From positions 15,697 to 79,696 of the forward strand of contig CAZAOV010000001.1 of the NCBI GenBank assembly GCA_964486995.1: a stretch of DNA of 64,000 bases. The letters are read 5' to 3'. Both the position numbers and the translations under genes were made by a program. The stretch comes from an uncultured Gammaproteobacteria bacterium. GTDB lineage: Bacteria > Patescibacteriota > Patescibacteriia > SG8-24. The notes beneath the pieces are model-generated. The model did not search any database. It saw nothing but the letters and a program-made list of their open reading frames with translations, and was not told the DNA's origin. Shown in pieces: positions 52,201-59,470 of the stretch. Within the stretch, counting starts at the first letter, position 1; the number at the start of each line of letters is the position of its first letter.

Positions 52201-53528
52201 GCCGGCTGATGCTTGGTGATTTGCCGCACCAGCCACTGCTGTTTGTCCGGCGACAGCACCGGCAACACCGAATCAATCTCCAGAATCAATTCACGTGCCA
52301 AATACGAACTCTGGCCCTCTTCAATTATGTGTCGGATGTGATGATCCAGAACTAGCTTTTCTAAATCAGGCGCGCCCTTGCGCTGGCGATTGAATTCGGC
52401 GATGCGTTGCAAATCCGTAAACCGATTCGAATTTAAGTAGCAACCTGAATTTCGATACAACTTTTTCATTAGTTCGGCTGCCTGTTGCTTGTCTGCACAC
52501 AACTCATCGATGTGATTCATCACCGGCACGCCGGATTCCACCATCTCGATGAACAGATCATCCTTATCGTTGAGATAATTTTCGTATAATTTGTAATTCT
52601 TCAGTATCGCCTCGGCGCGACGTTCGTTAGCGATATCTTTAAGTTTAGCCAGTCTTCGTGCCAGTGAGCGGCTGGCAACGGCGGATTGGTGTACCCATCT
52701 CACGTCGTCTTTTTTTACCCCCTCTCGCCTGACCAGCTCGTCCATCACGTCTTTTTCTTCGGCCTGATCTTCGTCGGTCAGAAAAAATTCGCCCCGAGAA
52801 TAAACCAGCCCATGGGAACTGGTCTGCCCAAGCATTTTTTCTAACATCTTGTCGGTAACCAAATCCGCTTCCTGCAATTTATCTAAATATTGCAGTACCA
52901 CGGTCGGCATGGTTTCTAGCGTTGCGATCATCAGCTCTTTCGCGTCATGGGCTTCGGGGTGCTGCCGACTGTATTCGGTCATTACGTCAATCAACTCTTC
53001 TATACGGTCGTAACTGTTAAAGTGCGCTTCGCGCAGGGAATGGCTTTCTTCCTTGCCGTTCACTTCGACGGAAACGTGATGCTGATGCAGGTTGGTAAAC
53101 GGCACCACCATGAGCGCATGCTCGGAATCATTTTCGCGAAACTCCTGCAAAAAATCTTTTCGAACCGCAATCGGAATATCATACCAGCACTCATGAAAAG
53201 TACGCACTGCTGTGCCCGGTTCTATGAGCCGACCGAGGTAAACGCCCAGATCAGCCTTCTGCTCCAAATTCATCGCCCTGACCTTGTCGAGCAGTTCCTC
53301 ATCCCCGACCATGTTTTTGGCCAGCAGACCTTCAACGATCTGCAGCTGCTGACTCTCGTCGAACTGGTCGAACGAATTCTCGAACAGATCAAAAAGCGCG
53401 GCCATATCCTGCTCGGATGCCTGCCGCACGTCTAGCGCTCCGCCTTCACTTAACCTAGCCCAAACCTCCTGAGAGTCGGGCTTCCTGTCTATTTTATGCT
53501 CTGGTTTGTAGCCGCCTTCTCCTAGCAT
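49251..53528 (-). CDS. Very large (1425 aa) helical hypothetical protein
   Basis: Uninterrupted ORF with coiled coils; C-terminal SCQSY...ARAVVRML...LFMERVY domain. Confidence 0.85.
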   Translation of the reverse strand: MLGEGGYKPEHKIDRKPDSQEVWARLSEGGALDVRQASEQDMAALFDLFENSFDQFDESQQLQIVEGLLAKNMVGDEELLDKVRAMNLEQKADLGVYLGRLIEPGTAVRTFHECWYDIPIAVRKDFLQEFRENDSEHALMVVPFTNLHQHHVSVEVNGKEESHSLREAHFNSYDRIEELIDVMTEYSRQHPEAHDAKELMIATLETMPTVVLQYLDKLQEADLVTDKMLEKMLGQTSSHGLVYSRGEFFLTDEDQAEEKDVMDELVRREGVKKDDVRWVHQSAVASRSLARRLAKLKDIANERRAEAILKNYKLYENYLNDKDDLFIEMVESGVPVMNHIDELCADKQQAAELMKKLYRNSGCYLNSNRFTDLQRIAEFNRQRKGAPDLEKLVLDHHIRHIIEEGQSSYLARELILEIDSVLPVLSPDKQQWLVRQITKHQPALWMYNIEYALQHDIVPADRLVEEMQKDASYFLEHYPRLTKQLRQKEKSGETFDISSDTLQVTARRTIEASPHLFGSLAFKKVYSKQEREDFFERQLTIPVDLNFIEYFIGSEAAKPYQEQIKRVLLEQPGAFEAATDLAYKLRAVIELIGARETIGLMLERIRSVDIEDFLDSESIMREMIALPGLRRQFMERLAETGQTRYYGKLLRQLHGVESDFKNHLEWWQEGLKRQEQNVRYLRDRLKSKLVSMSEKKTLRDDLRAALQKIDDIKKERLEESLSEQHERKRLRWIDEVRDSITEESQANKFYVFEAGVAGMDDLEMQDLMRENIAEYAVVNPAVLTDTSREFRDIREQVPDEELEKLYLARARSVAFSGNRYGQYYHKLNLSAEVTNKLAEINPYHHIEQADELEQDYYDAMLEIASGKAFYELHRKELEVIAKVQQQRKGKQLKPSEAYPPEQFMDMMNRVAILDVMPLAKDNAPAIFALSSAQRKEAVEMLEFVAHNQLDEGLEYDLAQGDWSELRDKLMGRISEHMQNIFELKSENEVRFEGLTGEAIAALSIYYRQTCRKRADMEDAFRQFIEHVVAGDYEDWRAWGEGGSPENEQQAEGRLNRLRQEGLLPTELSAEQYRAWLEHDEAGFDEALGYDIKDVHSSVRDILSQAMADHHIDVNEIPPDDEVLKAKYERLTEPIKEWTARQKELKARFKAVKKARKKGLKYEDVPEEEKAEFHELQQKVNEHLAGNNPEIKRTRAQIYLARLRRISLEGVETKSLAFDDKKKRLPLDVVFRDMHDVFDDENPDFAQDLERIEHLLHNAHQSMFGGERISKSKLILTDEVDVSVHALIGEKPVPSCQSYKSSMGMNVGLMSYLSDPGVKIIQMYDEDKNILARAVVRMLENDAGEPALFMERVYSSNSHPKIKEAMGNFVQKKAQKMGVNAHSKDETVSDKLSDVVTLRGGGSRSPFVYTDAGGGKVPNGLFEVRV

Positions 53529-53626
53529 TGCGCAAAAAATCGGTAAATATGCCTTTATTTTAGCACGAAATTGGACCTAAGTAAATCTTACGATATCAAA
53601 AAACCACCCGCGCGGGTGGTTATGTT

Positions 53627-53974
53627 TTATTCGTCGAGCAGACGAATATTCGAGCGAATACCGCGATAGGTGTTCATATACACCATCACCGTGGTGCCAC
53701 GTCCGTCGTAGTAATCAAGATTGTTGTGCCAGCGCTCATCGCACTTAACTACGATGGCGCGGTCGTTGTCGCCCCAGGTTTCGACGACCGTTCCGACGCG
53801 CCAGACATCGCCGCGCGTTCTGACTTCGACCCGCGTGCCTTTGGGAAAAATTTCCCAGCCAGTTTCTAAGGCATCGGTGCCGGGGTCGTCCCAATGCTCC
53901 CGACCGTTGGTCGCTTCGGCTAGCCGGTCGCGGTTGACGCTTTTTTTGACATGAGATGCTCCTTGTTTGCTCAA
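53627..53974 (-). CDS. Hypothetical protein, possibly SH3-like (start uncertain)
   Basis: GTRVEVRT..WRVGTVVE; terminator hairpin at 53599-53621. Confidence 0.65.
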   Translation of the reverse strand: MSKQGASHVKKSVNRDRLAEATNGREHWDDPGTDALETGWEIFPKGTRVEVRTRGDVWRVGTVVETWGDNDRAIVVKCDERWHNNLDYYDGRGTTVMVYMNTYRGIRSNIRLLDE

Positions 53975-54104
53975 TTTCAGTCGCCAGCTGTTCGGAGTTG
54001 TTCAGCGCAACTTAATTTAACGCAAAATACCGATATGCGAAAGCGCGGGGGTGATACACCGGCTGGTGAATCTCGGCAAGGGGCGTAAGCAGGTCAAGGT
54101 GTAA

Positions 54105-54167
54105 AAAACCGTCAGACTTGTTTTAAGGGGGCGCATAGCGTCGCCTTAAAACAAGTCTGACGGTTTT
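54105..54167. repeat. Palindrome with perfect 24-bp arms (GTCAGACTT family)
   Basis: aaaaccgtcagacttgttttaagg ... ccttaaaacaagtctgacggtttt. Confidence 0.9.
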
Positions 54168-54563
54168 AGAAGATTCAGAAAGCTACGCATTAAGTATCTG
54201 GTCACCATCTACCCACCCAGGAACAACCGCCAGGATGTATTCCCGGACGACGAGGATTGCCTTCTCCTTCCGCAACATTTTAGCTTCCACGGCGGACGAG
54301 CGCAATTTCTTTTGCCACGCGGACTGCCTGATAGGCAACCACTAACACCTCGAGGCGGCGGGGACGAGTCAATCTCCGCCGCCGTACTCGAATACACGGG
54401 TACGAGCAGAGCGAGGCGGCTGACCGGCCGGGGCTGCAACATTCCCGAATCGGCCAGATTATCAAAAAGATGGGGGGGGCGTAACGCTAAAGATTAAAGA
54501 CACGGTCCCTAAATACCTAATCCTGTTTTAACATATCAAAAACGTCCGACTCAGCGTCGGACG

Positions 54564-54595
54564 TTTTTGGCAGGGGCTCGTGGACTATGTTAGAA
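54564..54595. repeat. att-like hybrid site 1: displaced tRNA-Trp 3' end (TGGCAGGGGC) plus element arm
   Basis: tttttggcaggggctcgtggactatgttagaa; 31/32 identical to 55988-56019; preceded by the hairpin aaaacgtccgac...gtcggacgtttt. Confidence 0.85.
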
Positions 54596-54619
54596 CCCTT
54601 GCGATGGAGGTGTAGGGCA

Positions 54620-54934
54620 TTAGTTTCCCGAAGTACCGTCGATACCGTCGGAACCGTCGCATTGACCGATTTGTGCTGCATGTTCTAGCTCCCTCTCGAG
54701 CTTTCGCGAGTTTCCGTGCTTCAGCATGCCCATATAGGAATTCAGTGCGGGCAAACTCGCACCACCGACAACCGACCTAAGCATCCTTCTTTTCGTTACG
54801 GTGCGCAGCACGCGATGGTCGGGGAAATGCACCCATCCGAGAAAGTCGATACCGGACGACAGCGTCTTGATGCACACCTTGTTCGGATGAAGTTCGAGCC
54901 GAAGATCTTCTCGCAACTTTATTTCAATCACCGG
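54620..54934 (-). pseudogene. C-terminal remnant of a DGR-type reverse transcriptase
   Basis: LREDLRLELHPNK...GIDFLGWVHFPDHRVLRTVTKRRM...SYMGMLKHGN (RT domains 6-7 and thumb); the YxDD region is absent. Confidence 0.85.
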
Positions 54935-55087
54935 CAGGTGGTAGGTGCAGGTGTACGTGCAGTGGCTCTGGATCCTGTACAATCGTGCGTTCGACACTGT
55001 TATCACCTCCTTTCGCTGGGGGTGATTTCAGTTAACTGACCAACTCGCTACGCGTCAAACGCACACACCAGCTAAAGCTGGTGGTTT
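54935..55087 (-). mobile_element. IS200/IS605-family left end and TnpA 5' fragment, fused in frame to the RT remnant
   Basis: Hairpin CACCAGCT-AA-AGCTGGTG (55066-55083), AGGAGGTGA RBS, YRIQSHCTYTCTYHL. Confidence 0.7.
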
Positions 55088-55102
55088 ATTATCTGAATGG
55101 AA

Positions 55103-55133
55103 AACGCCCCGCGCAAAGAATGCGCGGGGCGTT
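55103..55133. other. GC-rich stem-loop downstream of the DGR target (homing hairpin and/or terminator)
   Basis: aacgccccgcgca-aagaa-tgcgcggggcgtt, 13-bp perfect stem. Confidence 0.7.
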
Positions 55134-55175
55134 GCCGAAGGGCTAAGAGCTAAGGCTCTAAGAAGGACAGAGGAA

Positions 55176-55730
55176 TCAAGTGCTGCTTGCTCGAACCGCC
55201 GCCGGGTAGTCCGAGTACCAGTCGTTGTCGAGCCAGTGGTAACTCCAGTCCCACCAGCCGCCGACCCAGTAGAGAGAGCGGACGCACAGAGTGCCGTCAG
55301 GGCGGCGGTAGATGGTACCCCAGAAGTACACCGCCTTACCCTTCCACCCCTCGGGAATGAGGTGCGGATGGACCAGCAGGTGGTCCAGCACGTTGGCGTT
55401 CAGGGCCGGCTCGTCGGCGATGATACTGCGAAGGCCATCACCTTTGACCCAACCGGCCTTCTGCTTCTCGGAAACGAAGAGGTCGATTCCGACCTTTGAA
55501 AGATCGAGGGAGCCGCCCTCGCGATGTTCGACGACCTCCCACCTGTCGGGGCAGAACGGCGCGGCATCGCAGTCGACTAGATGGTTCGAAAGGCAGATCG
55601 ACGCGACCATTCGGTCGATAATCTTAGTATCGGCGAGCATCGCCTCGCCTTGCTCTGGCGTGATTCTCTCCGCGATCTTGCCCATAAGGGCGTTATACTT
55701 ACCAGCTTTCCAGTCAAATAGGTTGGCCAT
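55176..55730 (-). CDS. Putative DGR target (variable) protein with a C-terminal variable region
   Basis: C-terminus VRSLYWVGGWWDWSYHWLDNDWYSDYPAAVRAS is rich in NNC/NNT codons; adjacent RT remnant and hairpin. Confidence 0.8.
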   Translation of the reverse strand: MANLFDWKAGKYNALMGKIAERITPEQGEAMLADTKIIDRMVASICLSNHLVDCDAAPFCPDRWEVVEHREGGSLDLSKVGIDLFVSEKQKAGWVKGDGLRSIIADEPALNANVLDHLLVHPHLIPEGWKGKAVYFWGTIYRRPDGTLCVRSLYWVGGWWDWSYHWLDNDWYSDYPAAVRASST

Positions 55731-55987
55731 GGGTTACCCCATCCTTTCCTTGCCGTCGGTTCACGCGCACGGACGACCATCGTCCACAGGCGTTATCCCA
55801 TTGTACAAAACGGCGGTGCGAGGTCGAACGATCAACCACGCACAGCCATTTTCAACATGCACGAATTGGCAGGTACGACACTGAAATATAGCATTTTTTG
55901 CTGTTTTTGTCAACCTCAATACAGATGGACCACAAGTTATGCTTCTGCCGCCTTCAAAACAAAAAATTACTCTACATTAAGCGGAAT

Positions 55988-56019
55988 TTTTTGGCAGGGG
56001 CTCGTGGACTATGCTAGAA
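55988..56019. repeat. att-like hybrid site 2: displaced tRNA-Trp 3' end plus element arm
   Basis: tttttggcaggggctcgtggactatgctagaa; the Fic stop codon lies a few bp away. Confidence 0.85.
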
Positions 56020-56022
56020 ACC

Positions 56023-56625
56023 TCAACGCACACTACTGAAGCTTCTATATACTAATTCGGACATCGCCTCGTGTTTGCCAGACATTCCATCAATGCAGGC
56101 CCTTAGGTAGTCTGGTTCGTCCCAATCGACCTCCGGCAGCCCCAAGCTTGCTACCAGCAAATCAAGGAACAGTCGAATCGTTCGTCCGTTCCCTTCACGG
56201 AACGGATGTACTGCATTGAACTCGTTATGTATGAAGGCAATCTTGTTGGCAATTTCCTTCTCACTGTCTTTTTCCGTCGGAAGGCTGCCTTCTAGAGCCT
56301 GACTTAAAGTATCCATTGAATCCCGCAAATGCGCGACCGGCGCAAATAACATGTCGTCTTTAGATATATCGACACGCCGCAATTCACCAGCCCAGTCATA
56401 CAACGGACCCAAAAAATACTCGTGAATAGAAAAAAGTAGCGCAACATTGAATGCCACATTTCCCTGCTGCAGCAGGCCGAAGAAATGCTCGTATGCGTCC
56501 GCCAACAGAATGGTCTCCGCATCCTCCAGCGACTGCTGATCCGTGATGCCAAGCCTGTTTTTCAGCACTCCGTTCACCAGACCTGCATCCTCATCACTGA
56601 CGTTATATCGAGAATGCTCGGCCAT
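56023..56625 (-). CDS. Fic-family adenylyltransferase toxin (class I)
   Basis: HPFREGNGRT motif, LKNRLGI, YDWAGELR. Confidence 0.93.
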   Translation of the reverse strand: MAEHSRYNVSDEDAGLVNGVLKNRLGITDQQSLEDAETILLADAYEHFFGLLQQGNVAFNVALLFSIHEYFLGPLYDWAGELRRVDISKDDMLFAPVAHLRDSMDTLSQALEGSLPTEKDSEKEIANKIAFIHNEFNAVHPFREGNGRTIRLFLDLLVASLGLPEVDWDEPDYLRACIDGMSGKHEAMSELVYRSFSSVR

Positions 56626-56752
56626 TTCCCTTCAGTTTCTTAATAATGGTCGCATTCTTTTTTGCTCGCGAAAGACTCATGCCCTCGATTTTTGATGAGC
56701 GTGCTACCGCTTGCCGCAGATCATTCATGGTGGCTTTCTTTCGTTTTGCCAT
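56603..56752 (-). CDS. Small Fic antitoxin (VbhA/FicA-like), 49 aa, not in the ORF track
   Basis: MAKRKKATMNDLRQAVARSSKIEGMSLSRAKKNATIIKKLKGNGRAFSI; SxxxEG inhibitory motif; overlaps the fic start. Confidence 0.8.
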   Translation of the reverse strand: MAKRKKATMNDLRQAVARSSKIEGMSLSRAKKNATIIKKLKGNGRAFSI

Positions 56753-56801
56753 ATCGCTTTATACTGTAATTATGGTTATATTTTAGCAAAAATTTAGCAA
56801 C

Positions 56802-57290
56802 TTAGCAACTCCTTATCTTTCGTATAGTTGGCCAAAAAAGGAAGTGGCAATTGCTTTCACTTACATCTAGAAATCTCACCCATTCAACTGACTTAACCTC
56901 TCCGTCAATGACTGATTTTGGCGTACCCTCTTTACCTTCAACAATTTCCACTTGATGCATCATGGCAACGACATGATAAAACCTGTCGTCTTTTTCTATG
57001 TGCAAATATCTTTCTGCTAAATCGTAAAATTCAGATGATTTAACCTTGTATCCAGTCTCCTCTAGAACCTCTCGATGAAGAGCCTCTTTAACGCTTTCGC
57101 CCATATCCATCCCACCACCAGGAAACGCGTACAAACCATGATGGGGCCTGACCATCAAGATTGAGTCATCTCGGATAATCACGGCATAAACCGTCGGTCG
57201 CCAAAAAATTTCTACGTCGGCCGGGATTTCTTTTTCAATCCCTTGATTGTCATCAAAATAATTCATACTCATGCATCCTATCACACCCAA
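56802..57290 (-). CDS. Nudix hydrolase (start probably a few codons downstream)
   Basis: PGGGMDMGESVKEALHREVLEETG. Confidence 0.9.
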   Translation of the reverse strand: MGVIGCMSMNYFDDNQGIEKEIPADVEIFWRPTVYAVIIRDDSILMVRPHHGLYAFPGGGMDMGESVKEALHREVLEETGYKVKSSEFYDLAERYLHIEKDDRFYHVVAMMHQVEIVEGKEGTPKSVIDGEVKSVEWVRFLDVSESNCHFLFWPTIRKIRSC

Positions 57291-57351
57291 GCTTTAATTG
57301 ATTACTATTAAAGCAATCAAAAATCCCCTGCTAAAATTAGCAGAGGATTTT

Positions 57352-57425
57352 TGGCAGGGGCGGCAGGGATCGAACCCGCAATAAAGGTTTTGGAGACCCT
57401 TGTGATACCATTTCACCACGCCCCT
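57352..57425 (-). tRNA. tRNA-Trp (CCA)
   Basis: AGGGGCG...CTCCAAA...GGTTCGATCC...CGCCCCTGCCA cloverleaf; hairpin terminator at 57319-57351. Confidence 0.95.
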
Positions 57426-57689
57426 ATGAATTGCGTTTGGATGTTACCTTAGGATTTGGGGTTGTGCAAGGCTATTCGAGCGGCCTATCTGCTGAACTGA
57501 ATCCTTACCGCAATTCGAAGTCCGGGGTCAGTACGACGGGTTGATTGAGTGTCTGGTGCGTTTATGTGGATTTTTGCCTCCGCAGGAATGACATGAGGAG
57601 GACGAGAAAATCAAGCAAGAAGATCGTTGCCGAACAATCAAGCACGTGACGCTTAAACGGCGGTTGCCCGCCGTTTTTTCGCTTGATTG

Positions 57690-57845
57690 CTACTTAGTTT
57701 CCTTGTGCAGCACGTGCTTCTTGCACCACTTGCAAAACTTTTTCATCTCCAAGCGGTCTTTCAGCGTTTTCTTGTTCTTGTGGGAGAAGTAGTTGATGCG
57801 CTTGCATCCAGTACACTCCAACTTCATCAAATTATCTTGAGACAT
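57690..57845 (-). CDS. rpmG: 50S ribosomal protein L33
   Basis: [51 protein letters not shown]. Confidence 0.95.
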   Translation of the reverse strand: MSQDNLMKLECTGCKRINYFSHKNKKTLKDRLEMKKFCKWCKKHVLHKETK

Positions 57846-57930
57846 ATTCTTTGCTGTTCATTACGGCAACGACCTTAGCCGATTTCCGTCATTTTGTCCA
57901 GTCCCGAGACTAAGCTCGGCGTACTATTTC

Positions 57931-58007
57931 TGGAGCCACCTCGCGGATTCGAACCGCGGACCTACTGTTTACAAAACAGTTGCTCTGACCAGCTGAGCTA
58001 AGGTGGC
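57931..58007 (-). tRNA. tRNA-Thr (TGT)
   Basis: GCCACCTTAGCTCAG...TTTGTAA...GGTTCGAATCC...GGTGGCTCCA. Confidence 0.95.
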
Positions 58008-58013
58008 GCAATC

Positions 58014-58065
58014 TTCACGAAGGCTTCGTGGTGACTGGCGACGCCAGCTGAAGCCTTGGTGAAGG
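58014..58065. repeat. Palindromic element between tRNAs
   Basis: cttcacgaaggcttc...gaagccttggtgaag. Confidence 0.65.
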
Positions 58066-58066
58066 C

Positions 58067-58151
58067 TGGTGGGCAGGGCTGGATTCGAACCAGCGAAGGC
58101 GTAGCCAGCAGATTTACAGTCTGCCCCGTTTGACCGCTTCGGTACCTACCC
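58067..58151 (-). tRNA. tRNA-Tyr (GTA)
   Basis: GGGTAGG...CTGTAAA..., long variable arm, GGTTCGAATCC...CCCACCA. Confidence 0.95.
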
Positions 58152-58397
58152 GTGATTTTACAATTTGCTTTAAATGACTTTCCGCCCTTGGGCGATTTTA
58201 TCTTCAACTCTCGCTTTCGCACGTCAGTTTTATCTAGATGTTCTTCAGCATATACCAGCGTCCATGGTCGATATGCTTTAGTTGATCTGACACACCCGGA
58301 ATTACGCTATCGCAATCTCTTTTTTAATGTCAGCGGTGTAACCAATATGATACCGACCTCGTGCCTTACTGGATAGTATATAGACAAAATATCGCAT
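58152..58397 (-). pseudogene. Frameshifted GIY-YIG nuclease (YhbQ/UPF0213-like)
   Basis: MRYFVY../..YHIGYTADI../..NSGCVRSTKAYRPWTLVYAEE...RKRELKIKS across frameshifts and stops. Confidence 0.7.
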
Positions 58398-58409
58398 AAC
58401 GAATCTAGA

Positions 58410-58485
58410 TGGAGCCGACGATCGGACTTGAACCGATGACCTACTCCTTACCATGGAGTTGCTCTACCAGCTGAGCTACGTCGGC
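58410..58485 (-). tRNA. tRNA-Thr (GGT)
   Basis: GCCGACGTAGCTCAG...ATGGTAA...GGTTCAAGTCC...CGGCTCCA. Confidence 0.95.
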
Positions 58486-58553
58486 ACGTAAGTGCTATTC
58501 GTCTATGCGATATAGTATTTTTTATTCGATATTTCTTGAATTGTCAATCTGCG

Positions 58554-59468
58554 TCAAACGAGAACTTGCTCCGCCGCATCTTCTTCCTCTTCCACTGAAA
58601 TCTCGTCAATTCGCTTCTGCAGGGAATCCAGCTTTTTATTTTCGGGATTAGCGGTCCGCAAGCGCTCCAAACTTCCCATAGCCCTTTCCTTATCGCCCTC
58701 TATTATACACGCTTCCACCAAAGAATCAAGATGTCGTGGATTTGCCGGCTCGAAAGATACCGCATACTCTAATCCCACCCTAGCTGAAACAAAATCTTCG
58801 ACCTCAGAGCAGGCTTCAGCAAAGTTAGCATATTGCTTTGCAATGTCCGTATGAGCCGCCTTACCGGCTGGACAGCTGTCGGCAAACGCCTCGAATCGCG
58901 GCACCGGTACGCCCTTAAGCTCGGATACCGCTTGCTTGCAATATTTCTTCACCAGCAGCTTCACCAAAAACGCATAGATATCACGCGCCCGATCCCAGCG
59001 CTTTATTTCCAAATACAGATTCCCCAAATCGCGATACACGTCCTCGTTCATCTCGTCCAGCGCCACCACCTCAATCAGCTTTTTTTCCGCTTCGCCGTAC
59101 TTCTCCGCTTGTATCAACTTAGTGGCGTCCTCGCGCAGCCTATCGGCCTGACTGATTTTTTTATTCTCAGGCAGTATTTTTTCATTACGAAATTGCCGAT
59201 CAATGGTGAGCAATTTTTTTACCTGTCGCCGAAAAGCATCACGAACCTTAACTCCAAGAGGTGTCAAAAAAGATAAAATTCCGCCCGACCATTTTTTCGC
59301 CGCACGGCGTACTCGTTCGTCCATGATCTGTCGCTTGCGTGCCAGGTCACGCTCCTTGGGGATCACTTCGGTGTTAATCAAAATCAACTGCGGAAACTTG
59401 CTTCCGATGATTGCCGCAATCGTCACTAGGCAGGCAATGATAATTCCTAGGCAGACGAAATAAAACAT
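58554..59468 (-). CDS. Membrane-anchored TPR protein
   Basis: N-terminal TM helix; TPR-like EAEKKLIEVVALD..YRDLGNLY and FEPANPRHLD. Confidence 0.82.
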   Translation of the reverse strand: MFYFVCLGIIIACLVTIAAIIGSKFPQLILINTEVIPKERDLARKRQIMDERVRRAAKKWSGGILSFLTPLGVKVRDAFRRQVKKLLTIDRQFRNEKILPENKKISQADRLREDATKLIQAEKYGEAEKKLIEVVALDEMNEDVYRDLGNLYLEIKRWDRARDIYAFLVKLLVKKYCKQAVSELKGVPVPRFEAFADSCPAGKAAHTDIAKQYANFAEACSEVEDFVSARVGLEYAVSFEPANPRHLDSLVEACIIEGDKERAMGSLERLRTANPENKKLDSLQKRIDEISVEEEEDAAEQVLV

Positions 59469-59470
59469 AG

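Noticed and set aside
54180-54500. Short ORFs left of the att array
   Set aside because: They look like a decayed, frameshifted ORF with no recognisable motif and cannot be assigned.
54620-55006. Group II intron or intact RT gene
   Set aside because: There is no YxDD core and no recognisable intron domain V/VI; the context points to a DGR remnant.
54935-55175. DGR template repeat (TR) and avd gene
   Set aside because: No adenine-rich copy of the VR and no Avd-like ORF was found here or elsewhere in the window, so an active DGR cannot be claimed.
54564-57361. CRISPR array interpretation of the 32-bp repeats
   Set aside because: There are only two full copies, ~1.4 kb apart and separated by genes, and no cas genes.
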